A stretch of 64,000 bases of DNA from an uncultured Chthonomonadaceae bacterium (GTDB lineage: Bacteria > Armatimonadota > Chthonomonadetes > Chthonomonadales > Chthonomonadaceae). The position numbers and the translations under genes are program-made. Positions 39,130 through 50,151 of the stretch are shown here, in pieces (the first letter of the stretch is position 1; the number at the start of each line of letters is the position of its first letter). The notes under the pieces are model-generated. The model did no database searches, was not told the origin of the DNA, and saw nothing but the letters and a program-made list of their open reading frames with translations. The stretch spans positions 352,001-416,000 of the forward strand of contig CAWFQB010000004.1 of NCBI GenBank assembly GCA_963817895.1, written 5' to 3'.

Positions 39130-41011
39130 TCACTGTCCAAACACTGCAAAGCCCAATAGCGTAATCAATCCATTATGAATACCGTGCAATATCATGCCCG
39201 GCAGCAGCGAACCGCGCTTTTCGTACACGAGCGCGAGCGCGATTCCAATGGCCCAGATGGTCAGAAAGCCTCCGGGCAGGGTGGGGTGTACGAGCGAGAA
39301 GATGGCAGCGGATAGCATCGCCGCGCCCATAACGCCGAACCGTTGGCGCAGAGCCGAATACAGCAGGCCGCGAAACATCGTCTCTTCCACTATCGGCGCG
39401 ATGACGGCAGCTATCACGAAGATCATGATTTTGTCCGGCAATTGCAGCGCGGCCATTGTCTCGAATTGCGCGGGGTTGACCGGCGTGTGAAAGCGGTGAA
39501 AGAGAAAGTGAGAAACCGCGCCCGCCAGCAGCAGTCCGGGCATCAGCAGGAGATAGGCGACGGTTCCCGCTTTCACTTCGGCAAACAGGCTGCGGCAGCG
39601 GTAGCCAAGATGCGCCAGCAACGCCCGCATTGTCAGGGGGCGGGGGAACGGCATGGAGGACGCGAGCCGCGCCCGAAGCGCGTACAAAGGAACCAGAAAA
39701 ATGGGTATGTACAGCGCGTAACGCAGCGCGGAGTACACGCGCAGCAGTTGGGTATAGTTCAGATCATCCAGACGGGGGGAAAAGGGGCGCATCGCGTAGC
39801 CGAGCAACAGGCCGAAAACCGTATGCCCGACAAGATAAACGATAAACGCCACAAGCAGCCCGGAAGCAACCATCGCGGGCGGCGCATCAAGCAAACGGAG
39901 CGGAAATGTGGCGCGTCCTTCCCTGCCCGCCTCGACTTCGGCAAGGGGCGCGCTGTTGACGTGGAAGGCTGTTGACGGCGTGGGCGCGTATGTTTGCGCG
40001 GAAAACGCGCGGGCGGCCTGCTCATCCCGCGCGTCGCGGTTCCGGTGCAAGCGACGGGCAATTGCCGAAATGCTGTAGCAGAGCGCTAACAGACACCCCA
40101 ACTCCAAACCATTGATCTGAACATTTTCCAGTTCGCGCGTGTTTCTGGCCGAGTGGTCGGCAGCCTCTGCCGCTCTCACTGCCTCGGAATGGAGTCCGGC
40201 CTTCCGGTACAACTGCGCCAGCGCGACGTTTTCAAACCAGCCGAGCCGAAGCTGTTTGAGCGTATTCCGCAGGCCGGGAACCTGTGTCGCAGTGATTGTC
40301 CGCGTACTGTATAATGCCTGCCATGCCACCAGTTCCTGCGCTGCGTCTATGCCGGTTTGCCCGTGTCCGAACGGGTCTACATCGCTGTTGCCCGTAATGG
40401 CGGCGCGTTTGGGGCGGGGCTGCGCGGGGGGCAGTGGAAACTTGTCCCCGACATGCGCAAGAGCATCCAGCGCGCCCGGACGCTGAAACAGAGCCAGAAC
40501 AATGCCCAATCGCCGCCATTCCGCCGCCCGCGCCTGGTTGTTTCGTACCGTGCCGCGCCATTTCTCAACGACCTCATCTTCCCGCGTCCGCGCCGGGGAT
40601 TTGAAAACTTTCGAGCCTGTTTTTGTGCCTGAAACCGTTTTTGAAGACGATTTCGACGAAGAACTCGCGCCCGAAACCTGAAACGGCGGAAGGCGTAAAG
40701 GGGCGCTTTGGGATTGCGGCGGAAGCGGGGCGCGCAAAAACCAGATCGGGAGTATACGCGGACTTGGTGGAAATCAGCGCGTCATACGAAGCCATATACA
40801 GGTCGGAAAGCGCGCGGCGGGACGGCGTTTCGGGGGCAATGAGAAGCGTTTGCGCCACCAGTCCCGACACGACAAGGAACAGGACGACGCCCAACAGCCG
40901 ACGATTAAGGAGCAGCGCCCCGGCGCGAAGCCGCAGGCGGTTTCCGCGCGAAACGGCAGGCGTTATGCCTGTATCGAGCGGCGTATCGGGCGCGGAAGTG
41001 TCGAATGTCAT
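39130..41011 (-). CDS. CPBP/Abi (CAAX) intramembrane metalloprotease with long N-terminal domain (frameshift near 40740)
   Basis: APIVEETMFRG, FSLVH and HGIHN motifs. The upstream ORF 40574-41011 supplies the N-terminus. Confidence 0.82.
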
Positions 41012-41059
41012 GGGGCAGGTCTTTGTGTCAAACGTTTTGGCGAAGTTCAGCGCAGAGTA

Positions 41060-41330
41060 TTATAGCGATCTCAGGAAGCCTGCGACCATTTGAATGATAA
41101 CGATGGCGATGGCGGGCGAAATGTCAATGCCGCCAAAAGCGCGGGGCGGAATCACGCGCCGGATGGGATCAAGAATCGGGTCCGACAGTTTTTTGACGGT
41201 CAGGAAGAACGGCGAGGAGTTCCGACAGAACCCGCAGAACAACCAGCCAACTGACCGCCCATTCCACAACAATCAGCGTGGTCAGCGCGTCCAGCAGAAG
41301 CGCGAAAATTCCTCCAACAGTCATAGTCAT
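41060..41330 (-). CDS. YggT family membrane protein (frameshift near 41222)
   Basis: LSDPILDPIRRVIPP..GGIDISP. The N-terminal TM (MTVGGIFALLLDAL..AVSWL) is in the adjacent frame. Confidence 0.8.
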
Positions 41331-41348
41331 TACGTACATGGCGCAATT

Positions 41349-42080
41349 CTACCCCTTATGCTTGTCCCGTTCCTGTTTGGCGCGTTCCAGGCGAATGGGA
41401 GCCAATTTATCATCCGGGTAGCGCGTCGCGCCCTCCCATGCGGATACGGATTTATCCCACTGCTCTGTTTTTTCGTAGCACAAAGCCAGACTGTGCCACG
41501 TTGCCCAGGGGCATTTGAACTTTACGGCTTTTTCGTAGTAGGGGATTGCGGTACTCGCGTCCCGCAAGTGAAGCCAGTAGTGAGCGCCCATCTCGTCATA
41601 CAGATAATACGTGTCAGGATTGGCCTGTATTCCCTGCTGCAAAAAAGCGATGGCCTGATCGTTGCGGTCAGTGCTCCACAGCAGCAGCGCGGCGGTGCCA
41701 TACGCTTCGACATTATGTGGGTCGCCCTGTACCACGATGCGGTTGATATTGATCGCATGATTGTACTCGCCCTCATGAAAATGGTCATCCGCTTTCTCGT
41801 AAATCTGTCTCAAACTGTCTGCGAGAATGGCGTCCGCCGTTTCCTGCGCGCTTGTGGGATACAGCTTGATTGTCTGTGCCTTGCTCGCCTTGCCCGCTTT
41901 GGGATTCGAGACGGAGGGCGGCGCGGGTTTGGTATGGAAAACGGAGGGAGGATGGCGCAGAACCGGCGACTGCGAAGCCGGAGCCTGCGCCGTCGCAGGC
42001 AATGCCCACAACAAACTCGCTGCAACAAGGCATCCAAAAGAGTAGAAGCGGGTTTTTAGAATAAATATAGGTAGCGGCAT
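41349..42080 (-). CDS. Secreted TPR protein
   Basis: Signal peptide followed by TPR-like helix pairs. Confidence 0.75.
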   Translation of the reverse strand: MPLPIFILKTRFYSFGCLVAASLLWALPATAQAPASQSPVLRHPPSVFHTKPAPPSVSNPKAGKASKAQTIKLYPTSAQETADAILADSLRQIYEKADDHFHEGEYNHAININRIVVQGDPHNVEAYGTAALLLWSTDRNDQAIAFLQQGIQANPDTYYLYDEMGAHYWLHLRDASTAIPYYEKAVKFKCPWATWHSLALCYEKTEQWDKSVSAWEGATRYPDDKLAPIRLERAKQERDKHKG

Positions 42081-42095
42081 ATATGTATAGTCTGC

Positions 42096-43319
42096 TTATT
42101 GATGGCGTGGCGACAATCGGGCCACGACATCGGCAGCGGCTTCGCGCACGGACGGGTCTTTATGGGTGAGAGGGCGCGAACTTGCGGCAGCGCGCCCGCG
42201 TCGCCGATACGCCCGATGGCAAGCGCGGCGGCTTTGGGAATGGCCTCGTCGCTGTCGCCGAAAACGCCGATCAACGCGGGTACGGCGGATTTGTCGCCGA
42301 TTTTGCCCAACGCTTTCGCGCTTTGTTCGCGCACATCCTCATTCGGGTCTTTCAAGCCCCTGCACAACGCGCCAACCGCCCGCTTGTCGCGCAATATTTC
42401 CCAGCGCCTGCGCCGCGTTCCAGCGCGCCAGAACGAACGAGTCCGTATGCAGCATGCGGGTCAGCGGTTCCACGCCCCGCGCATCGCGCAGCATGCCAAG
42501 CGCGTTGGCCGCCTGCCTGCGCAAAAACTTATCCTGATCTTTCAATCCGGCAATCAGCATGGGCGCGGCGGATTTATCGCCTAACGCGCCAAGCGCATAC
42601 GCCGCATAAAAGCGCAATCCGAACGGCTGCGTATCCGTGCCCTGCGCGATTTTAAGCAGGGTGGGAACGGCGGATTTGTCGCCGATAGCGGCAAGGGATA
42701 CGGCTGCCGCGCTTTGCACATCATGGCGCGAGTCCCGCAAAAGCGCGAGGAGCGGCGTCACGCTGGCTTTGTCGCGGACACGTCCGAGCGCGGCGGCGGC
42801 TTTCAGGCGGACGCGCGGGTTCGGGTCGGAAAGCAGGGGGCGCAGCGCATCCCCGGCGCGCGGGTCGCCAATAGTGCCCAACGCTTCCGTCGCCGCGCTT
42901 CGCACCAGAGGATTCGCGTCTTTTGTGGCAACCGCAAGCCCGTTCGCCGCGCGCTTGTCACCCATAATGCCCAACAGCGTTGCCGCGCCTGCCCGACGAT
43001 ATCCGTTGCTTTTATCCTGCAACGCGGCCAGCAGCGGGGGAAGCGTATTCGCGTCTTTGCTGTCGAGCGTGGAAGCCAGGGCGCGAACCGCCTGCCCCCG
43101 CACGGATTCTTCCGCATCCCCGGAAGCCGTAATCAGGGCCGGAATCGCGCGCTTGCTTTTTTCGCGCACAAGCGCTTCCGCCGCATCCGAGCGCAGGGAA
43201 ACATGCGGCGAACTCAACTGCTTTATCAGGTCGTCCACGTGGTCTGCGCGAACGGCGCTTGCCGGAAAAGCAAGGATTACGATAGTCGCCAGATTTTGCG
43301 CCCAACGGCCCTGTCGCAT
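42096..43319 (-). CDS. Secreted HEAT/PBS-lyase repeat protein (frameshifts near 42400 and 42165)
   Basis: Repeated VR..AA.ALG.IGD..A...L units that continue across frames. Confidence 0.82.
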
Positions 43320-43320
43320 G

Positions 43321-44791
43321 TCACGCTTTCAGTTTCTCGTCAACGGCGGCATTGACGTCTTTCGGGTCGAGTTTGCCGCCTCCGGCTTTCATCACCTGCC
43401 CGACAAGGAAGCCGCGCTTGTTGACCAGGCCTTTTTCTTTGATGGCCGTGACCACATCGGCGTTTTCGGCAAACACGTTTGTCGATGATCGCCTGTCAGC
43501 GCGCCCGTGTCCTTGACCGTTTTCAAGCCCTTCGCGGTCGGCAATCAGGTTCGGTTCCTCGCCCGTCGCGAACATCTGTTCCAGCAGTTCTTTGGCGATA
43601 TTGCCGCTGATGGTGCCGTCCGCAATCATTCGATCATGCCCGCGAGATGCGCGGGCGAGATCGGGCAGTCGGTGATGTCCTGTGCCGCCGCGTTCAGCAG
43701 GCGGCTCAGGTCGCCCATCATCCAGTTGGCGGCGGCTTTCGGGTTGCCGCCGCGCTGTAGCGGCTTCCTCGAAATAGTCGGCCAGCTGGCGCGAGTCCGT
43801 CAGCCATGCGGCGTCGTGCGGCGGGCAGGCCGAACTCGGACATAAACCGCGCTTTGCGCGACATCGGGCAGTTCCGGCATGGTCGCGCGAATCTGCTTCG
43901 ATCCATTCCGGCGTGATATGCAGCGGCACCAGATCGGGTTCGGGGAAGTAGCGGTACTCCTGCTCCACTTCCTTGCTGCGCTGCGAGAACGTCTCCTGCT
44001 TCGCGTCGTTCCAGCCCCGCGTCTCCTGCGCGATCCGTTCGCCCCGCTCCAGCAGCTTCCGCCTGCCGCTCCACTTCGTACTCGATGCCCTTCTGCACGG
44101 CCCGGAACGAGTTCAGGTTCTTGATTTCGGTTTTGGTTCCGAACGTATCGGAACCCTTGGGACGGATGGAGACGTTCGGCTCGCAGCGCAGCGACCCCTC
44201 TTCCATTTTGCCGTCACACACCTCAATATACGTGAGGATGGCGCGAAGTTTCGTGAGATAGGCGCGGGCCTCGTCGGCGGAGTGGATGTCGGGCGGAAAC
44301 TCCGTCACGATCTCCATCAGCGGCACGCCGCTGCGGTTCAAATCCACATAACTGTCGTTGCCCGCGACATGAAACAGTTTGCCCGTATCCTCTTCCAGAT
44401 GGACGCGCCGGATGTGGATGCGCTTGGTTTCGCCGTTCACTTCGACGTCCAGCCAGCCGTTGACGCCGATGGGAAAATCGTACTCGCTGATCTGGTAGCC
44501 TTTGGGCAGGTCGGGATAGAAGTAGTTTTTGCGGTCGAATTTGGCGTTCGGATTGATCGTGCAGTTCAGCGCGAGCGCGGTGCGCATCACATGCTCGACC
44601 GCCTTTTTGTTCATCACGGGCAGGCGACCGGGCATTCCCAGGCAGACGGGGCAGCAGCGCGTATTCGGCTCGCCGCCGAACTTGTTCTCGCACCCGCAGA
44701 ACATTTTGCTTTCCGTCAGCAGTTCCGCATGGCACTCCATGCCGACAACCGGTTCATACTCAATTGCGATTTTATTTTCGATTGCTGTCAT
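43321..44791 (-). CDS. gatB: Asp/Glu-tRNA amidotransferase subunit B (several frameshifts in the 3' half)
   Basis: [64 protein letters not shown] and GFLVGQVMK. Confidence 0.94.
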
Positions 44792-44832
44792 TGTTCCCCT
44801 TCATTCCATTTTCTTGACCATACATATTTTCA

Positions 44833-45357
44833 TTACGTGAGTGGCGGCAGTCAGCAGTTGCATATAAACCACGTCCAGCCACTGGTCGAATTTGTAAACC
44901 ACTTCTTTGAAGTCGGGCCACCTGCTCAAAGCCGAAAGCCGCATGAAGGCGGATACTGGCCTCGTTGCTGCCGTCAATGCTGGCGAGAATGGAGTGGAAG
45001 CCGTGTGCCGCCGCGTGTTCAATCAGGGGCGGCAAGCAGCAGTTTGCCCACGCCCTGCCCGCGCCACTCGGCATGAACGTACACGGAGTTTTCTACCGTG
45101 AAGCGATAGCCGATGCGGGTGTGATAGGGGCCATACGCGCTCCAGCCCACAATCTGTTCCGGCTGTTCCGAATTGGTGTGGACGGCAACGAAGATGGGAA
45201 AGCCTTTCTCCGTTCGCTCGGCAAACCACGCCTGCCGCATTTCCAGCGTGTGCGGTTCGTAATCCGCAGTCGCGGTGCTGTGCGCGACGGCATGGTTGTA
45301 AATTTCCAGAATACCGGGCAGGTCATGCCCGTTTGCCGGACGTACAGCAATGCTCAC
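44833..45357 (-). CDS. GNAT acetyltransferase, phosphinothricin/YncA-type (frameshifted)
   Basis: ILEIYNHAV..STAT, YRFTVENSVYV, RGQGVG, NEASIRLH..FGF and YKFDQWLDVVYMQ spread over three frames. The 3' end is approximate. Confidence 0.82.
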
Positions 45358-45388
45358 GGGACTCTCTCCTCTTCGACGCGCGCCGGGT

Positions 45389-46201
45389 TTATTCCTGCCC
45401 ACCCGATGGACGTACAAGCTGTTCCGGCTGCCGCTCTTCCGCGTACGCGGCGGGGCGCAGCATCTCTTGCGGCGGGGTGTGCGAACTGATGGAGCGCAAC
45501 AACGTAGCCTGCGAAAGCTGCACGGGTTTCTCAGCAGCGCGTACCAGCGTTTCCGCAGCGGGCAGATGCCCCGTATTGGCTGCCGTCAACGGGACGCCGA
45601 CCTCTGCTTCCTCCGCTTTCCTGATCCAGACATTCGCGCCTACGATACAGCTCAGGATAATCAGCGGGAAGATGGTCAGGTGGAACAGACACCAGGGCAG
45701 CCAGTTCGCCGGAAGAGGCATGCCCTTCGTCAGCACCTTAGATGAAGTAGGCTCAGTCTCAGGCTGGGGAGAGCCAGCTATGGGCTGAAAAGTGTCTACC
45801 GTGAGTTTCGTGCCGTAATTAGATACAATCTCATGAGGCTGACTTGCCAGATAAGTATCAATGTCATCGCCGATGCAGATAACGCCTGCCAACAGCACAC
45901 CCGCCCCTACCACTAAAAAACCCATTCCTGCGCCGGCCTTGCGAAAACGCCTGCCCTGCGCCTGCATATAATTGCGCCAGGGAAGCACACGGGGTGGACG
46001 AGCGGACATTTGTGCCTGCTCGCTTAAAGCGTCCGAATTTTGTTCGCTTCCATGATCCGAAGCCTGCTCTGTTGGCGTATCCTCCGTCTGTTCCGCTGGC
46101 CGTCCTCGATGCAGATGATAGTCGGCATCGTATTCAAGCGCTTCCAGAAAGGGCGTTATGCTGATGCGTGGTCGGGTTTTCGATGCCGGTTCTTCGCTCA
46201 T
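45389..46201 (-). CDS. Membrane protein with C-terminal LVR/LLR repeat tail
   Basis: Two TM segments, then PLTAANTGHLPAAETLVRA..LLRS..MLRP..EQLVRP..GQE. Confidence 0.7.
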   Translation of the reverse strand: MSEEPASKTRPRISITPFLEALEYDADYHLHRGRPAEQTEDTPTEQASDHGSEQNSDALSEQAQMSARPPRVLPWRNYMQAQGRRFRKAGAGMGFLVVGAGVLLAGVICIGDDIDTYLASQPHEIVSNYGTKLTVDTFQPIAGSPQPETEPTSSKVLTKGMPLPANWLPWCLFHLTIFPLIILSCIVGANVWIRKAEEAEVGVPLTAANTGHLPAAETLVRAAEKPVQLSQATLLRSISSHTPPQEMLRPAAYAEERQPEQLVRPSGGQE

Positions 46202-46261
46202 GCCAACGTCTCCGATCTTTAGAAAGCGATCCCTGAAAAGCGTACAGGGGCGTGAGATAAC

Positions 46262-46865
46262 TCACGCCCCTGCGTGCAACCCTTGATTTCGGCTGCGGGA
46301 AAGTTCAGGCGGCGCGCGATAACGCTCTGGTTGTTTGCTGTCCACTGGGCGGGCGACAGCGCAGGATTTCGTCAGTTTCGGGCCGCGCGCTCCCAACAGC
46401 GCGATGTCCTCCACGCTTCGCGCCTGCCACAGGCTTGCCATCGCCTGCGCCATCTGCTGCGCGGCGAATTCCGCTTCGTCCAGCAGGCGGCGCGGGTCGG
46501 GAGATTGCGCCACGTAGTACACAAGGCATTCGCGTCCGTCCGACTGCTCATGGGTCCAGCCGTACTGCGCGAACAGGCTGTCCATCCGATGCTTGCGCAT
46601 ATCGGTGAACGTTTCCGGCAGCAGAAATTGCACCATCAAATGGCACTTCGCGCCGCCCTGTACGCTCACTTGCAGCCAGTCATGCAAGTTTTCTCGACTC
46701 GCGACCTGATGAAGCGGCTGATCCGCCCGATTGTCGGCCCACGTCAGCGCGTGTCCCGGCCCCATGCAGATGATTTCCTGTAGCTGTACGGTCAAATACT
46801 CAGCGAGAGGCAGGTGATTGGAATTATGTCTGCGTATTCGGTTGTGTATGCAATTGCGTGGTCAT
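46262..46865 (-). CDS. Hypothetical protein (probable frameshift near 46830)
   Basis: The 177 aa ORF stays open upstream (HNSNHLPLAEYL). ATG 46865 with an AGGAAG RBS is in the adjacent frame. Confidence 0.5.
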
Positions 46866-47084
46866 GGTGTTTACTTCCTGTTGCGAACGCTATGGCTCGC
46901 GCCGTTTCAGAAAGCAGGAAGATGGCGGAATTGCCGCTGTTATCACGGACAATTCGCCACTTCACCATGCGGGCCGCCTGCTTTCAGAAACGACGTGTTA
47001 TGTTTTCTGAGTGTCGGCTGAAAACCCTATTTTGTTCATGCACTTACAGACTTTTACGCAAACAAGCGGGCAAAAATTGTTTGC

Positions 47085-48551
47085 TTACAGTGTTGGGCGC
47101 TGCTTGTGCCATTCGGTTGCCTGCTCGTAGGTGTAGGCGATCGCGCAGCAGGGTGGCCTCGTCGATACGCTTTGCCGATCAGTTGCAGGCCGACGGGCAG
47201 GCCGTCCACAAAGCCGCACGGCAGCGACAGTCCGGGCAGTCCCGCCATGTTGACGGGCAGGGTGCAGATGTCGAGCAGTTTCATCGCCAGCGGGTCGGCC
47301 TTTTCGCCGATGCGGGGCGCGACAACGGGCGACGTGGGCGTTAGCAGCGCATCGAAGGTCTCGAAAGCGCGGTCGAAGTCCTGCCGGATCAGCGTGCGCA
47401 CCTGCTGCGCCCGCTTGTAGTAGGCGTCGTAATAGCCCGCTGACAGCGCGTAGGTTCCGATCATGATGCGCTGTTTCACTTCCGCGCCGAACCCCTCGTC
47501 CCGCGTTTTTTCGGTCAGGCCGATATGTCCCGCCAGTTCTTTGGTGCGCAGGCCGTACTTCACGCCGTCGAAACGGGCCAGATTGCTGCTGCACTCGGCG
47601 GGCGCGAGGATGTAGTAGGCGGCAAGGCAGTAATCGGTGTAGGGCAGGGAACACTCTCCCACCGTCGCGCCCATTTCGGTCAGTTTCGCGATCGCCTGCT
47701 GCACCACTTTCGCCACTTCCGGCGTAACGCCCGCGCCGAAATACTCTTTCGGAATGCCGATTCGCAGCCCTTTGACGCCCGCCCTGCAACGCGGCTTGTC
47801 GAAGTCGGGAACGGGCATATCGGTACTGGTGCTGTCGAGCGGGTCGTGTCCGGCAATGGCGTTGAGCATCAGGGCGCAGTCGCGCACATCTTTGCTCAAC
47901 GGCCCGATCTGATCCAGCGAACTGGCGTAGGCGATCAGGCCGTAGCGGCTGACGCGCCCATACGTGGGTTTCAGGCCGACGATGCCGCACAGACTGGCGG
48001 GCTGCCGGATAGAACCGCCCGTATCCGAGCCGAGCGCGATCAGCGCTTCGCCTGCCGCCACCGCCGCCGCCGACCCGCCCGAAGAGCCGCCCGGCATGCG
48101 CGTCAAGTCCCACGGGTTGTGGCTGGTGTGAAAGCCGGAATTTTCGGTAGACGACCCCATCGCGAACTCGTCCAGATTGGCCTTGCCGACAAACACGGCT
48201 CCCGCGTCTCGCAGTTTCTGAACAACCGTCGCGTCATACGGCGGCACGAAGTTATACAGGATCCGCGACCCCGCCGTCGTGGTCACGCCCGTCGTACACA
48301 TGTTGTCTTTGAGCGCGACGGGAATACCCGCAAGCGGCGGCAGCGTCTTCGCCCCGCACGCCGCTTAGCGTCCGCCTGCTCCGCCTGCGCCAGCGCCTGT
48401 TCCGGCAGTATGGTCAGGAACGACTGCACCCGCGCTTCGACCGCGTCAATCCGCTCCAGAACGGCCTGCGTCAGTTCGCGGCGAAGAAATCTGTCTGGCG
48501 GCAAGCTGCTCCCGCGCTTCCCCAACCGTCAATTCGATAAAGTTCCGGCAT
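47085..48551 (-). CDS. gatA: Asp/Glu-tRNA amidotransferase subunit A (several frameshifts)
   Basis: [51 protein letters not shown] and [18 protein letters not shown]. Confidence 0.95.
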
Positions 48552-48575
48552 CCATGAATCCTTGTTTCTCGTTCA

Positions 48576-48867
48576 TCATTCGCCTAAAATACGGGGCACC
48601 ACAAAGCAGCCCTCGCGCTGTTCCGGGGCGTTGGCAAGCGCCTGTTCGCGGGACAGGGAGGGGCGTATCGCGTCTTCGCGCAGCACATTGAAGACGGGAA
48701 TGGAGTGGGAGGTCGGCTCGATGCCGGTCACATCCAGATTTTGCAGCGCCTCGAACTGCGCCAGCAGGTTGTTGAGGTTGGTACGCCTGCGCGTCGATTT
48801 CCTCGTCCGTCAATTCCAGTCGGGCCAGAAGCGCGACTTTGCGCACTTCTTCAGCGGATAAAGCCAT
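48576..48867 (-). CDS. gatC: Asp/Glu-tRNA amidotransferase subunit C (+1 frameshift near 48780)
   Basis: MALSAEEVRKVALLARL, then LDVTGIEPTSH..NVLRED..NAP..FVVPRILGE in the next frame. Confidence 0.92.
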
Positions 48868-49090
48868 AACCAAAACTCCTGTCATGCGTTCCCATTTGCC
48901 GGACACAGGAAAAGACGACTGTGCAGCAAAGCATTGCGCTATTTCCTCTACCGACAAGTCCAAGCCGCAAATAGTTTCCCGCCAAGCCGTCATTACAACA
49001 TCGTCAACGCGGGAAAAGTTTCCTCATTATAACTGTTTTGTACGAGCGCTGACAAGAGGGGCAGTGGCAATACCGTTCAACTAAGCGTTC

Positions 49091-49308
49091 GTAGGGACAC
49101 AACTTGTTGTATCCTCCCCCTTCTACACCGTCAAGGTAGAAGAGTAGGGTACGTTGTAGGGGTTCTGCTTGCTGAACCCTCACCGCAACAAACCAGACCG
49201 GACTGCGCCCCCGCTCCATCCTCAGGTTGTAGGGGTTCCGCTTGCTGAACCCTCCTCAACATTGGTTGAACCCTCCCCGTAACAGGGCGCGGCAAGCAGC
49301 GCCCCTAC
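49091..49308. repeat. Cluster of GTAG-type REP sequences
   Basis: GTAGGGACACAACTTGTTGTATCC (49091), GTAGGGGTTCYGCTTGCTGAACCCTC twice (49156, 49229), and inverted AGGGCGCGGCAAGCAGCGCCCCTAC (49284-49308). Confidence 0.8.
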
Positions 49309-49860
49309 TTAACTGTTCTCTCTGAATGGTGTGTCAGCGCGTAAAACTATCTGCCCTCACTCCTGTCCATTGACTGCCCGGACAAGTTGTTCCTCATACT
49401 TTCCCTGTCCTTCTGTAGCAGCCCGCAGCAACACGGCTTCCTGTGCCTGCATCGGCTCTGAACTGGCGCGTACAAGGCTGTCGAGGGTGGGCAGGTCGGC
49501 GGTATTAGCGCGGGTGAGTGGAACGTCAACATTGATGCGTCTAACCGCTCTAATTGCCGTTACCACCGTTAAACCGTAGCTCATTAACATAACAGCCACC
49601 GCACAGATTATGGCAAAGCCGCTGCTTATAGCCATGCCCTCCGGCCTTGTGAGCCAGAGCCGCAGCATATTTTTCAGGCAAGCAAACATAACAATACTTG
49701 CGATTGCGCCGAGGAACAGCAGAATAGATTTGGTGACTACCTGCCTCGCATACTCTCCTTTGCTCACAATCCGCTTGCCCGTCTTCGTATAATGACCCCA
49801 AGAATTCGGACAGTGGTTTAAGGTGGTGGCTGTGTCACAATAAACACAGGAGAACCCACT

Positions 49861-50151
49861 ATGTCTACCATCCGTAAACGCTATTCTGCCGAGTTCAAAG
49901 CAAAACTGGCTTTGGAAGTGGTCAAAGGCAACCACACTCTTGCCGAGATTGCCAGTGACGCGCAAGTGCATCCCAATCTGCTGATGCAGTGGAAAAAGCA
50001 ACTGCTCGACAGTTTGCCTACGGTCTTTGCCGATAAGCGCGTCAAAGACACCAAAGACCAGGAAGAGAAAGAAGCCCAACTTTACCAGCAGATCGGCCAA
50101 CTCAAGGTTGAACTGGACTGGCTCAAAAAAAAATCAGGTCGCCTCGGTTGA
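49861..50151 (+). CDS. IS3 OrfA (HTH)
   Basis: RKRYSAEFKAKLALE..HPN..WKKQ..LYQQIGQLKVELDWLKKK. Confidence 0.92.
   Translation: MSTIRKRYSAEFKAKLALEVVKGNHTLAEIASDAQVHPNLLMQWKKQLLDSLPTVFADKRVKDTKDQEEKEAQLYQQIGQLKVELDWLKKKSGRLG

Noticed and set aside
49091..49308. CRISPR array
   Set aside because: Only two near-identical 26-bp units plus inverted and unrelated copies, GTAG REP signature, and no cas genes.
49788..50100. N-terminus of the 247-aa minus-strand ORF 49357-50100
   Set aside because: It is antisense IS3 sequence, and the true start lies beyond the IS at 51060.
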